Assembly (NCBI GenBank): GCA_025594325.1
Contig: JANHCV010000005.1
Location: forward strand, 868,001-932,000
Direction: 5' to 3'
Source of the DNA: Blastocladiella emersonii ATCC 22665
Lineage: Eukaryota; Fungi; Blastocladiomycota
Length of the DNA: 64,000 nt
The notes below the pieces were generated by a model. It was not told the DNA's origin, searched no databases, and saw only the letters and a list, made by a program, of their open reading frames with translations. Shown here in pieces: positions 49,421 to 60,467 of this stretch (its first letter is position 1; each line of letters starts with the position of its first letter). The position numbers were made by a program, and so were the translations under genes.

Positions 49421-50913
49421 ATGCAATCCAATGAAGCCGGACACGCGGACTCGGATGTCCCGTCGTCCGTGACGCCGTCGGAGCAGGACGGCGTACCGCC
49501 CGTGCTTGAGGCGCGCCTCCGCGTCCTCGGGTGCACGCTGATTGACGGTGCCGGTCGATCCCTGGACCTGTACACTGTCCTTCATCTCATGTGATGTTTC
49601 CATGACCAACGCCGCCCTCGACCCCCGTCTAGCCCACAGCCGACCGTCGCGACCGCGCAGGCGCTGCTGCAACGGTTCTACTTTGTCGCCTCGCTCAAGA
49701 AGTTTGGCGTGCGGGTACGCCGATCACCAGACATCTACCGTAGCATCGAAGCTGACGCCATGGAGTCCGCGGAGGTGTAGGACATTGCGGTCGGCGCCCT
49801 GTTCCTCGCCTGCAAGCTCGAGGAGACGCCGCAGACGATCCGCAACGTCATTAACGTGTTCTACCACCACCTGCAGCTGCACAAGGGATACACGTCGCCC
49901 GCGCCCATGGACCCGAACTCGGCGGTACGCCTAGCCACGCTGCTTCCTCCGCGACGTGAGAAACTAACCCTTGGCCACCGTAGGAATTCTCGGACTGGGA
50001 GCACCGCCTGCTGCGGTCCGAAATGTACATCCTCAAGCACCTGGGCTTCCACGCGCACGTCGCGCACCCACACATCTGGGTCCTGCACTACGCGCGCGCG
50101 CTGCAGCTGCCCGCCACGCACCCGCACGTCGTCCAGACCGCGTGGAACCTGTGCAACGACAGCTTCCGCCTCCCGCTCGTCTGCTTCTACCAGCCCTACA
50201 TCCTCGCCGCCGCGTGCCTGTGGCTCGCCGCCCGCAAGCATGTCGTCCCCCTGCCCGAGACACCACACCCGTGGTACACACTGCTCGACGTCCCGCGCGA
50301 CGCCATCGACCACATTGCCGCGCAGCTCGTGCACCTCGACTCGCTCACCCTGCGCTGCGACCTCCCGCTCAAGGCCGACGATATCACGCCCGAGTGGACC
50401 GATCCCGCCACCATCGACCGCATGCTCGGCCCCGATGGCATGCAGGACGCGATCCGCGAACGCGACGCACGCCGCGAGCGACAGCGTAAGGAGCGCGAGG
50501 CTGCCGAGGCCGAGGACAAGCGCCGCGCCGCGGAAGCCGCAGCTGCTGCTGCGGCCGCTGCTGCCGAGGCTGCACGCCTGGCCGCTCAAGCTCCACCAGC
50601 GGCCGCAGCGAAACCGGTCGTCGGCCAGGACGCGTTCCGCGCCGCCCTCGAGCAGGCCCGCGCCAAGGCGGCCGAGCTGTCGCGCTCGTCGGGTCGCACG
50701 TCCTCGTCTTCCTCGTCGCGGCACCAGCGCGACTCTGGCGGCCGTGACTCGCGGTCTTCGCGCGACGATTACAGCAGTCGCGGCCGGTACCGCGATTCCT
50801 CGAGCCGCGATCGCGAGCGGGGACGCGACTACGACCGGGATCGCGACCGCGATCGTGACCGGTACCGCTCGTCGGGATCGAGTAGGGGCGGTTCCGACTA
50901 CTACCGCCGGTGA
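49421..50913 (+). CDS. Cyclin L-like protein with an RS/RD-rich tail; exons ~49421-49569, 49633-49714, 49781-49924, 49984-50913
   Basis: TPSEQDG...GCTLI..AG..L.LPQ.TVATAQALLQRFY, GALFLACKLEE, EMYILKHLGF and AWNLCNDS; RD-rich C-terminus. The start codon is uncertain. Confidence 0.88.
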
Positions 50914-51186
50914 TGGAACAGTGAAATACATGGTGCACGCGCGTCTACGTTGCCTTGAACGGCTCACCTGAGTGCGAGCTGCGTTAACATGTGCAGTGTT
51001 CGTCACCATCCAATGCAGCCTCAACTGAGCACCCACCGTGATTTTGTAAGCAGAGACTTGCTGAGAACTCATGTGATGTGAGACAACTGACAGGAGGCGT
51101 CCGGAGCTCGTCTGACTTTCGTCAGGCGCTCGCGGCCCCCGCACCAAGGGCCACAATAAAACGAAGTTCTCCGACCCTCGCACTCC

Positions 51187-52452
51187 ATGAAACGAATGAA
51201 AACTACCATGAAGCCAGCCTTGTCGCAATCGCCCAAGCACGGGCTTCCCACGACGAGCAATGACGCGAAACTCGCCCTCTGCAGCATGCCGTGCGAAGTC
51301 CTCGCCATGATCCTGCAGCTCGCAGAGCCACGCGATGTTGTACTCGTTGCAACGCGTGAGCTCAAGTGCATTGCCCTCGATCCCGCGGTGGAGCGCATCT
51401 GGAATCGGCGGCGTTTGTCCCCGTGGCTTCTCAACGGAGCGCTCGACGTGACCAACCGCTTCCCCGGCTACCCGATCACCGACCTCAACCGGTACTTTGC
51501 GCGCACCCAGCCAGGATCGCCTCATTATCCAAACCTTCGCTTCTACCGCGCTGTTTCGGCCGTCCTTCTCGAGCTCATGAGCCCGACCCGCGGGAGTCGT
51601 GCGTCCGACCCGAAGCTGCTCTCAACGTTCTTGAAACTCAAGGGCGCCAAAAACGACACACGCAAATGGGAGAAGTGGACCAGGACTGACCTCAGAAATT
51701 ACGGCTACAACGCACCTGCGTTTACCTATGACGACGACGGTGCCGAGCGGGACGGGGACGCACCAGACCGTCCCGATGTTGCTGGTATCGTTATTCGTCA
51801 CCGTCGCCGCGTGACATCGTGTCTGCGGTCTCCCGTATTCTCGCAGATTCACCTCCTCGCTGTCGTGGCCATGCAGGCCGACGCCAACACTGCGCGTTCG
51901 CTGCTCGTTGATACGCACAAGCGGGCGCCCGAGCTCCTTCAAATCACGCGGAAGAAGTGGTCGTTGGTTACTTGCCTCCCGCTTGGAACCTTGGAGTGCA
52001 AATATTACTTCTTCGAGCAAAAGTTGCGCTTGCTCGACTACCTCGTACTTGTCTCTGTTGCAGCTTGGAATCCTGGAATGCTTGAAGGACTCGGCGCTTT
52101 AGAGCAAGGCATCACCTCGGCAGAGCCCCTCGACTTGTCTGCAACGGAGTTCGAGCTCACTCACATTCTCACCGACCGCTTCCCAAAAAGTGCCGAGGGA
52201 GCCTTCAACGTTTTCCGCACGCTCGATTGGGTGTTTCACTTCGCTCCCTCGTTCGCCAAGCAGCTAGTCGATGCTGGTCTGCTCACAGCCCTCATGCAAC
52301 CGCACATGTCCGCCGCGCTCGTCCACATGCTGTGGAACCACGCTGACGAGCTGCTGGCTGGAGTAAAGCCCGAGGATCTCGCCAAGCTTGCTGGGCAGGG
52401 GTACGACAGTTGCGACTTGATTAAACGAGCGGATCGAGGCAAGGCGGCGTGA
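51187..52452 (+). CDS. F-box-like family protein (short type), 421 aa
   Basis: LCSMPCEVLAMILQLAEPRDVVLVATRELKCIALDPAVERIW; tandem paralog of the next gene. Confidence 0.75.
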   Translation: MKRMKTTMKPALSQSPKHGLPTTSNDAKLALCSMPCEVLAMILQLAEPRDVVLVATRELKCIALDPAVERIWNRRRLSPWLLNGALDVTNRFPGYPITDLNRYFARTQPGSPHYPNLRFYRAVSAVLLELMSPTRGSRASDPKLLSTFLKLKGAKNDTRKWEKWTRTDLRNYGYNAPAFTYDDDGAERDGDAPDRPDVAGIVIRHRRRVTSCLRSPVFSQIHLLAVVAMQADANTARSLLVDTHKRAPELLQITRKKWSLVTCLPLGTLECKYYFFEQKLRLLDYLVLVSVAAWNPGMLEGLGALEQGITSAEPLDLSATEFELTHILTDRFPKSAEGAFNVFRTLDWVFHFAPSFAKQLVDAGLLTALMQPHMSAALVHMLWNHADELLAGVKPEDLAKLAGQGYDSCDLIKRADRGKAA

Positions 52453-52792
52453 TTGCAAAAAACTTTGATCACGTCGCTGAGATCGTTGAATTATTGATCG
52501 CGGGATTTGTCCGAACCGAGGCGCCGTGGGCCATGTGTTTTTGCGTTGTTGGGCGATTGCCCGTCAGTTTGGCGCACAATATAATTGGTAGCTGCATCCC
52601 GGAAACATGTCTCTCCTCAGCGAGGTGCGAGACGTGCGAGAGACGCGTCAAACAATCATGTGATGGGGGACACGAATGGCAGGAGCTTTTTGGCTCGATT
52701 TTGTCCGGATTTTGTCCGTCACCCTCTCGCTCCCGCGGCCCGATAAATGCTCCAGGCAAGCGGATCCAGCCCTCTCGCACTCCACGAAACAA

Positions 52793-54037
52793 ATGCAGAC
52801 TCTCATGGATACAAACTTGCCGCAATCCGTCAGCGATGGCCTTCCAACTGCGGTCGACGATGCGAGACTCGAGCTTCGGGACGTGCCGTGCGAGCTCCTT
52901 ACCGTGATCCTGCAGCTTTCGGAGCCACGCGAGTGCCTTCATGCTTCGACGCGGGAGCTCCATGATATCGTCTCCGATCCGGAGGTCGGGCAGGTGTGGA
53001 TCCGGCGGCGCCTGAGCCTTTGGCTTCGCAAGGGGGCGTTCGACATGCCCAACCGCTTCCCTTGCTTTCCGATCACCAACCTAAACCGGTACCTCTCGCG
53101 CACCGATACGGGCTCACCACACTATCCCAGCACCCGCTTCTTTCGAGATGCTTCGAACTTGTTTCTCGAGCTCATGGCGCCCAACCACGTCAAACGCGGG
53201 CGCGGGTCGAACTCAAAGCTTCTGTCGATGTTCACCAACCCAGAGACCGCGTTCGACGTGAGCGGCTGGGAAGAGCGGACCCGGACCGACCTCAAACCGT
53301 ACGGCTACAACGCCCCAATCCGAAACTACGCCGATGACGATCACGAGCGCGATGGGGACGAGCCTAACCGTCCCGACTATTACTACTACGGGCGTCCCCG
53401 CCGCGTGACGTCGTGTCAACGTTCCCCCGTCTTCTCGCAGATTCAGCTCCTTGCTGCCGCGATCCTCCGGGCCGACGCCGACACTGTGCGTGCGCTGCTG
53501 GTTGCCACGCACGAGCGGGCGCCTCAGCTGCTCCAACTCACGCGCGACAACTGGTTCAGGGCGACTGGAATCCCTCTTGGTACCTGGCAATCCAACTTTG
53601 CCTTTTTCGTGCAAGAGTTGCGCCTGGTTGACTACCTTGTGCTCGTCTCCGTTGCAGATTGGAATCCAGGGCTGCTTGAAGGGCTCAGCGCTTTGGGGGA
53701 AAACGGCGACACCTCGAGCTTCCGCAGTTTGTCGGCAACTGATCTTGAGCTCACTCACATCCTCACCGAACGTTTGCCAAAGCTTGCCGGGGCCGTGACT
53801 CGCACGCTTGACTGGGCATTTCGCTTTGCTCCGTCACTCGGCAAGCAACTGGTCGGTGCTGGACTGCTCAAAGCTCTCATGCAACCGCACATGATCGCCA
53901 CGCTCTCGTTCATGCTCTCACACCACGCCGACGAGTTACTGGCTGAGTCAAAAGCCGAGGATCGCGCCAAGCTCAACGTCCCAGAGCGCACTGGCTCCGA
54001 GGTGATGAAACGGGCGGATCGACGTGACGTGGCATAA
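52793..54037 (+). CDS. F-box-like family protein (short type), ~414 aa
   Basis: LRDVPCELLTVILQLSEPRECLHASTRELHDIVSDPEVGQVW; collinear with 51187. Confidence 0.75.
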   Translation: MQTLMDTNLPQSVSDGLPTAVDDARLELRDVPCELLTVILQLSEPRECLHASTRELHDIVSDPEVGQVWIRRRLSLWLRKGAFDMPNRFPCFPITNLNRYLSRTDTGSPHYPSTRFFRDASNLFLELMAPNHVKRGRGSNSKLLSMFTNPETAFDVSGWEERTRTDLKPYGYNAPIRNYADDDHERDGDEPNRPDYYYYGRPRRVTSCQRSPVFSQIQLLAAAILRADADTVRALLVATHERAPQLLQLTRDNWFRATGIPLGTWQSNFAFFVQELRLVDYLVLVSVADWNPGLLEGLSALGENGDTSSFRSLSATDLELTHILTERLPKLAGAVTRTLDWAFRFAPSLGKQLVGAGLLKALMQPHMIATLSFMLSHHADELLAESKAEDRAKLNVPERTGSEVMKRADRRDVA

Positions 54038-54569
54038 TATGCAAGTTATTCGCACAACGCCGCTAGAACGACAACGTTGATTCATTCATAGCGGGGTTCA
54101 TGGGAGGGAGGCAAAGCTGTGCAGAGCGGTGAACTGGATGTGATGTCTCAGACAACGTGATAACTCGACGCGTCTTAAGGCTTCCGAATCAGGCGACAGA
54201 AAAAACGAGTGCTTGTAGTGTGACGGGGATGGCGGAAGTAGCTCGCTAGTAAAAATCAGAACAAGCTTCGAACGTCACGTACATCAAGTATCACACAACC
54301 ACGTTAGCCCGCTCGGGCCAGTAAGGCGCTGGATGTTACGTACTCGAGTTCAAATAATTGATTTGATTTGATTTTTCTGTCATTTCCTCTTAAAGCTCAC
54401 AGTCATCAACGGGAACGGTGTAGAATGCGTCGTGGGCCGCGCCTTGACCAGGCGGGTTCTGCGAGGCACCTGGTAGCGGCTCAGGCAAAGCTCTCCAAAC
54501 AGTCTTCTGTTTGTTTGACAGAACACTTTATTCACAGCATCATCACACGACAGCCGCAAACCATGGCCT

Positions 54570-54592
54570 GACGCGTTGCGCCACTCACGTGA
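54570..54592 (+). promoter_or_regulatory. Composite ACGCGT + CACGTG motif, copy 4
   Basis: GACGCGTTGCGCCACTCACGTGA. Confidence 0.5.
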
Positions 54593-54680
54593 TAGATCGA
54601 CGCGTCCGCTGGCACAGATCTTGAAACGTAGTCCAGCAAAACGGTAAACATGCAGCGAAAAGTAGACCGGAAAGCGCGCT

Positions 54681-56982
54681 TTAAACTTCGAGAAACGTGG
54701 TGAACTCGGTTGAGGTGACCGCTAGGGGAGCGGCTCGTGCAAGCATGGCCACGACGTTGGACACCTCCATGTTCTCCCGCGCAGCAGCGCGAACGGCATA
54801 ATTCGCCAAGCTGTAAGGCGGGACAGCACCATCGAGTAAACCTTCGGGAATAAGCTGCCAGACTGTGAGCGGTATTTCGTGCGCAAAAGAGCCAAAGACT
54901 TCATAGCAGAAGCAGGCAATCGCGTCGGTTGGGTCAAGGTCAAGCAAGATCTGCGCGCACTGCAGAGCCGACGCCAGAGAATCGCAGCCCAGGTCGGAAT
55001 TGCAACCGCATGGGGTCGCTACCATGGTCGCCATCGATCCCCATACCTGAACCGCGGTGCAGGTGGGGCCGTCCAACGGTTCAGCTGCAAAAATGGCTGC
55101 TACATCGCGCCAAGCCTGCTGAGCGAATAGTGGGCACGGGGCACTCGGCTCCAAAGTTGATGCTCCGTGTGTGGTTGAAGCAGAAGCAAAGAGGTTTTGG
55201 TAAAGTTTGTCCTGGTCGCGAGCCGGAAGGAGCGCCGTGAAAAGTAGCGTCTGAAGCTCTGCCTCTCGAATCAAGTGCATTGCCTCGTCTCGCGTATTGG
55301 GGTCTGCGATGGTAACCACAAGCAGGCGTTCAATGTTTTCACGAACATCGCACGAAATGATGGGTGTCTGCGTGCATCTGCTGCGACCGACGACCATATA
55401 AAGCAGGTCAAGCGGATGAGCAATAAAATTTCCGCTGAGTAACCCGTTCGTGTGAAGAGCACACATGAATTCGTGCTTGATATAAACGTTTGCAAATGCG
55501 ACCAAAGCGTCCAGTGTCAAGCGGCGCGCAGTTTGAGAGTTTTCCGTCCGGCCGTTGGTAGACACGAAGTGAAGAATCCGCTGCGGAAGTCCATCTTGCA
55601 GAGCATGGAGACTTTGGTCAAAGGCTACCAGCATGGCCACGATTAGCTTTGACGGTTACGGTGCGTACGGATCAACAGGTCAGACTCGTACCAGCGAGTA
55701 AGAGCGCAGCCCAACCCTGGTCGTCGTGCAGCGCTCGAAACTTGCGCACCAGGGAACGTTCGCCTCGCGCAATCGCTGCGCCAAGGAGAGATGCATGTGC
55801 CGACGGTTGCACATAGCCTTGACGGTCAAGGAGATCAAGCTCGCGTAGTGACAAATCGTCATAGAACCATCGAATAATGCAGCGCCCGAGAACGTGAAGC
55901 TCATCCACGTTGCGAGGGTCAAGCGACGTGGCCCACGAAAAGTGCTGTGGAAACTGCTGCAGAAGCGGGATCACCTGGCGAAACATGCGCCGCTCGAGCG
56001 AGACTGCCACGTAAGCTTTACGTGCCGGTTCCATCATGTGCTCCAATCTCGCAAACAGCCATTTAAACAAGGCCAATTGCTCATTGAGCTGCTCGGGCTC
56101 GCACAGGTCCATGCGTTGGTGCAAAATGTAGATAGACTGCTGGTCGCTCATGCAGCGGGTAAGCGCAGCAGTGTCAATAGGATGGGCGTCGTCAGCCAGC
56201 AAGGTCTCGAGCAGCGGGACGCGCCAATTTAAGATGGCGACAAGAGCTAGCACGTCCGGCAGTCCGGCAACAAAATCCGGGTGCGCGAAGGGGCCAAGCT
56301 TGCTGCAGACTTTGTACCGCGTAGATTTCGGGTTTTGCTTGTCGTAGAGAAGCCGTACCCAGTCGGCTGGACGAAGCGAGAGGTCGAGAGCGTGTGGAAA
56401 CTTGGTTGTGAGCTTGGTGAGCATGTTGTGGAACAAGTCAGCCCGACCATAGCTAATTGCGGCGACCAATAGGTGGAGGTAGGCTACGAGAGGGTGACGC
56501 AACGCGTGCGATTTGCCACCATTGCGGTTAAGTTGGACCACAAGGGCATCGGCTTGCACGTCACTCGCTCGAATGTGGCGAAGCAGATGATCCGTAAACT
56601 GGACCAGTAAGCCGCTCGAGTTGAAGTTGTGGTCGAGGGACCACGGGGCCGCTGAAAGGGTGGATGAGTCGTTGGGATCGGTTTTGAACAGGTGCGTGAC
56701 AAGGTCGTTACTTGGCCACTTGGGTTCTTGGCCGAACTGATGGTTGTAAACGACTGGCATATCTGGAGGCGGTAGCCCCGCAACGATGGTGCTGAGTTGC
56801 ACCACCACACGGCGAGCCCACAGGAGCCGGACAAAGTCGTCTCGCGCTGCGCTGAGCAAGATGGCCGAGGAGGGCGCGAGAGCGCGACGGGGCTCGCTGA
56901 GCCGGATCACCTCGGCGAGCACTTCAGGAGGGAAATTCGCAAGGTTAAGCTCCGGAGGAGCACGTTGCATGGAGTTTAACAT
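54681..56982 (-). CDS. Inverted duplicate of the 34441-36742 F-box-like gene; exons 56982-55692, 55624-54681
   Basis: Identical translation except the final residues (TTFLEV vs TAVLNA), which fall outside the identity tract. Confidence 0.8.
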
Positions 56983-59900
56983 GGCGGTGTTTGTTAGGAG
57001 TGGGGTGCAAGAGAGCAACAGATCGCCGTCGAGGTCGAGACGCTTGTCGAGTGGCGCCGACGCCACCCGTCGTGACCGCCCTTGCGCATAAACGACGCGC
57101 GACTGCGCCGGGGCCGGGCCAATGATCATGAAAAGACAAGAATCAGCAACGTGCCCACGATGCGGGCAGCTCAGTAGTTAACACGCAAGGCTGTGCGACC
57201 CACGTGTTAATGTGATCAACTAGCGGCGGAGAGCTATCACATGAGGCAGCAAGTGTGACAACCGCAATACAATGTCAGAGAGACGTGGTATGCAGGGTTG
57301 ATTGGCGCGTTGGCCGCCCAACAGACCGCTGACACGAGTACTAACCTCAGCTTTGCGCAACAGCCTGTCTGTTCGGGAAGCTTGAGGAGGCACAAAGGGA
57401 TGCAAATGTATAGATCGGAAGCCATCATCCAGCGTCACTATCTTCCAGTGCCGCGACAAACTCGGCGGACATGACCGTCTGCGGAGCACAGTGCTTGGCC
57501 ATGGCCACCATGATGGAGACGTCAACTTCACGCGTGTGAGCTGTCCTATTGACCAATAGTGCCAGCATAAGCGGTGAGAGGCCATTGTCAAGCGCGCCGT
57601 CAGGAAGGAGCTGCCAGATCGTTGACGAGTCGAGGTAGGGCAAGTATCAAATTTCGCCAGATATCAGGTCCGCGGGAGAGGCCACTTGTGTGCCAAAGTA
57701 GATGTGCGCGATTTGCTGAGCTGAAGCGAATGCGTCGCAGCCAAAGCGGGAGTCGCACAAGCGCGCAGTGTCCACGAATCCGCACAGGAGCAACCACTCT
57801 GGCATGGCACCATATAACGCGATCTCTTGAACCTCTGCAGCAAGCACGGCCACCGTATCCCACCACGCCTGCTGAGCGAGCAGCGGGCAGTTGGCGCAAG
57901 TGTCAAGTCCAGGAAGAAGCCACGCGGCGGAATGACAAGCACTTGTTTTCATGCCCTCTGGCGACATGAAAACTGCAAGCATGGCGGTAAGAAGCGCGGA
58001 CTGCCGCTTGGCTTGCAGTATTGTGGTTATGGTGGCAATTCGAGTGTCTGGATTTGCGATTGTGGCGACAACTAAACGCACGACGTCTACAGTGAGCTTT
58101 CGGTGAATAGGTGCTTCCAAAGCGAAGCCGTGTTTGATCACCGGGTCAACTTTGTGTCAGAGGACAAACATGTGCAGCAAGTCCAGCGGATGGGCAACAA
58201 AATCGCCCTCAAGCAAGCAATGGGCAACGGACCACCGAGTGGGACTGGAGCCGGGCCAAATAGCCTTGAGGTAGACTCTTCCAAATTCTTTGAGGTTGAG
58301 CGGGCTCAACTGGCATGCATGTTGATGGCTGGCGCCATCATTGTTGGCGGATTGTGAGGCGACATGGTGAAGAATGTGCTGAGGAATGTGCTACACGGCA
58401 CAGCATGGGTGAGCACGGTGGAAAACTTTTATCACGTAGTGCCGGGCAGCTCAGTACCTTCAAGCAAGAGCGCGCGCCACGTTGGCTCGTCGCGTTGCTT
58501 CCAAAGCTTGGCCACAAACGCACCCTCCCCACGTGCAATTGCAGCACCAACGATATGGCTGCAGGCCTCAGTTTGAATGTAACCGTCGCGGTCAAGAAGC
58601 TCGAGCTCGCTAACCGGTAAATCGTCATCAAACCGGCGAATAATCTGACTGCAAAAGCCATGAAAGTTGCTGAACATGCAAGGTTGAAGCGGCAGGGCAG
58701 GAACGATGAGCTTGGGAAGCTGTCGCAGCTGTTGGAGAACGCAGCGATGGCCACAATGTCTAAGAGCAGCACTGACGTATGACGCGTGCGCAGATTGCGG
58801 CATAAGCGGCAAACTTTCGTAAAGCCATGCAAACATGGCCGCGTGATCTTCCTCGCGCCCGTGAGCCTGCAAGTACATCGAAGGAATCTCGCCAACGATT
58901 GCGAGCAGTTGAGGAACGTATACGCGGTGAGCTCCGTCGTACAAAAGCAGGGTTTGGAGCGCCAAGTAGCGCAAATCGCCGATGGCGGTGAACGCGAGAG
59001 CGTCAATCATGAGTGCCTTGTCCCATGGAACGGCCTCGGCGACAGACCCAGATGTGGTGCTGCTGGCGATACTTGCACCAAATTCCCTGCAGTGACTTGC
59101 GCCCATGAACGATGCCCAGTGGCTCCGATCCATCACAACGCCAAGAACTTGCGGGGCATGAGCAGCGAGCGCCAGGAACATGCTGCGAAATAGGTCCAAA
59201 CGGCCGTCCTTGATGGCTGCCAACATGAGGCGCAGATAGCCAAGGCCGGGATGGCACAAGGGCGGCAGGGCAGCCAAGGTGAGGGGGTCTTGCTCGGCGA
59301 GAGCTTGGAGCTGGGCTGCGTCCACGCCGCTGGTGCGAATGCGACGACAAAGCAAGCTGGCGTACCGGAAGATGAGCTTGTCAGGTGCGGCGGGAGGACC
59401 AAGGTGGAACAACCGCGCGACAAGTCCGATCGGTTGGTGTGGGCCTGCTGTGGCAGCGTCGAGGCGCGCAATCAGGCGCAGCACCCACGAGTGCCAGACG
59501 AGGTCGTCGCGCGTCGTGCTGCCAAGAACGGTAGTCGCCGCAGCAAGCGAGCTGCGCGGCTTGCAGAGTCGGACCACGTCGATGAGCAGCTCGGGGGGTA
59601 AATCCGCAAGAACGCGTATGGGCGGGCCCGGTTCCTCAGGTTGCATGAGGTTACACATTGCGTTTGGTGACGGGCGTTGACAATGGGAGGAGAGAAGGGG
59701 GACGGTCGTGGTGGCAGCAACATGTTCCCCCAGCCGCCCACTCAGCCACTCGCCCTCAACGCACACGCTCAATAGAAACAAGCAACACGTCCCTCGATCC
59801 GGGCAGCACGACAACACAAAGTAGCAAGGGAGAGAGGGGAGAGACGCAACAATAGTCCGCATTGAGTGCGCGCCGCCGCGAGGGGGCGGCGCTGCAGCAT

Positions 59901-60300
59901 ATTGCACTGAATAGAATGTCCCCGCTGTGGCCGCTTTCACTGTCGTCGTGGACAGCGACCGACTTGCTGGTGCCACACGTCCACCCGTGTTCCGCATCAG
60001 TCCCCTCGAGAGGAGGCCGACGGCCGAGGAACAGACGGGCCTCTGCAAGAGGAGCGCGCCTGAGCTCTCGCTCAAGGCGCGCAGGACATCGGGGTTCGAG
60101 GACCTTCCCAAAGGGCAGTGACGGGTGCGAGCAACGAGTCGTGCTCCGTACGTTCGCCTTTTATGCTGCTAGTTGCATCTCTCCTTTAGGGTCAGAGAGA
60201 GCGAGGGGTGGGCGGGGCGATCCGCCGAGATTTATAGCGGATCAGAGCCGAACATCAGCTGATCACCCGCGTGACCGCGACGCGTCTCCCATGTCTCGCG
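54700..60300 (-). repeat. Right arm of the 5,601-bp inverted duplication
   Basis: Reverse complement of 31123-36723. Confidence 0.97.
57425..59658 (-). pseudogene. Inverted duplicate of the disrupted 31765-33998 F-box-like gene
   Basis: Same ORF fragments and the same stops as the left copy. Confidence 0.75.
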
Positions 60301-60467
60301 CCCACGCAAGCGCGACGCGTCGACCAGCGAGCCAATCGAGGACCGCCGACACGGAGGCGGCATGCCGCCCCTCGACGCGTTGTTCGCGCCACAGCGAAGC
60401 CCGAAGCCTACGACTCTCCGCCCACCAACTCCATGCAATCTGATCGCCCCCATCGATCCTCTACACC

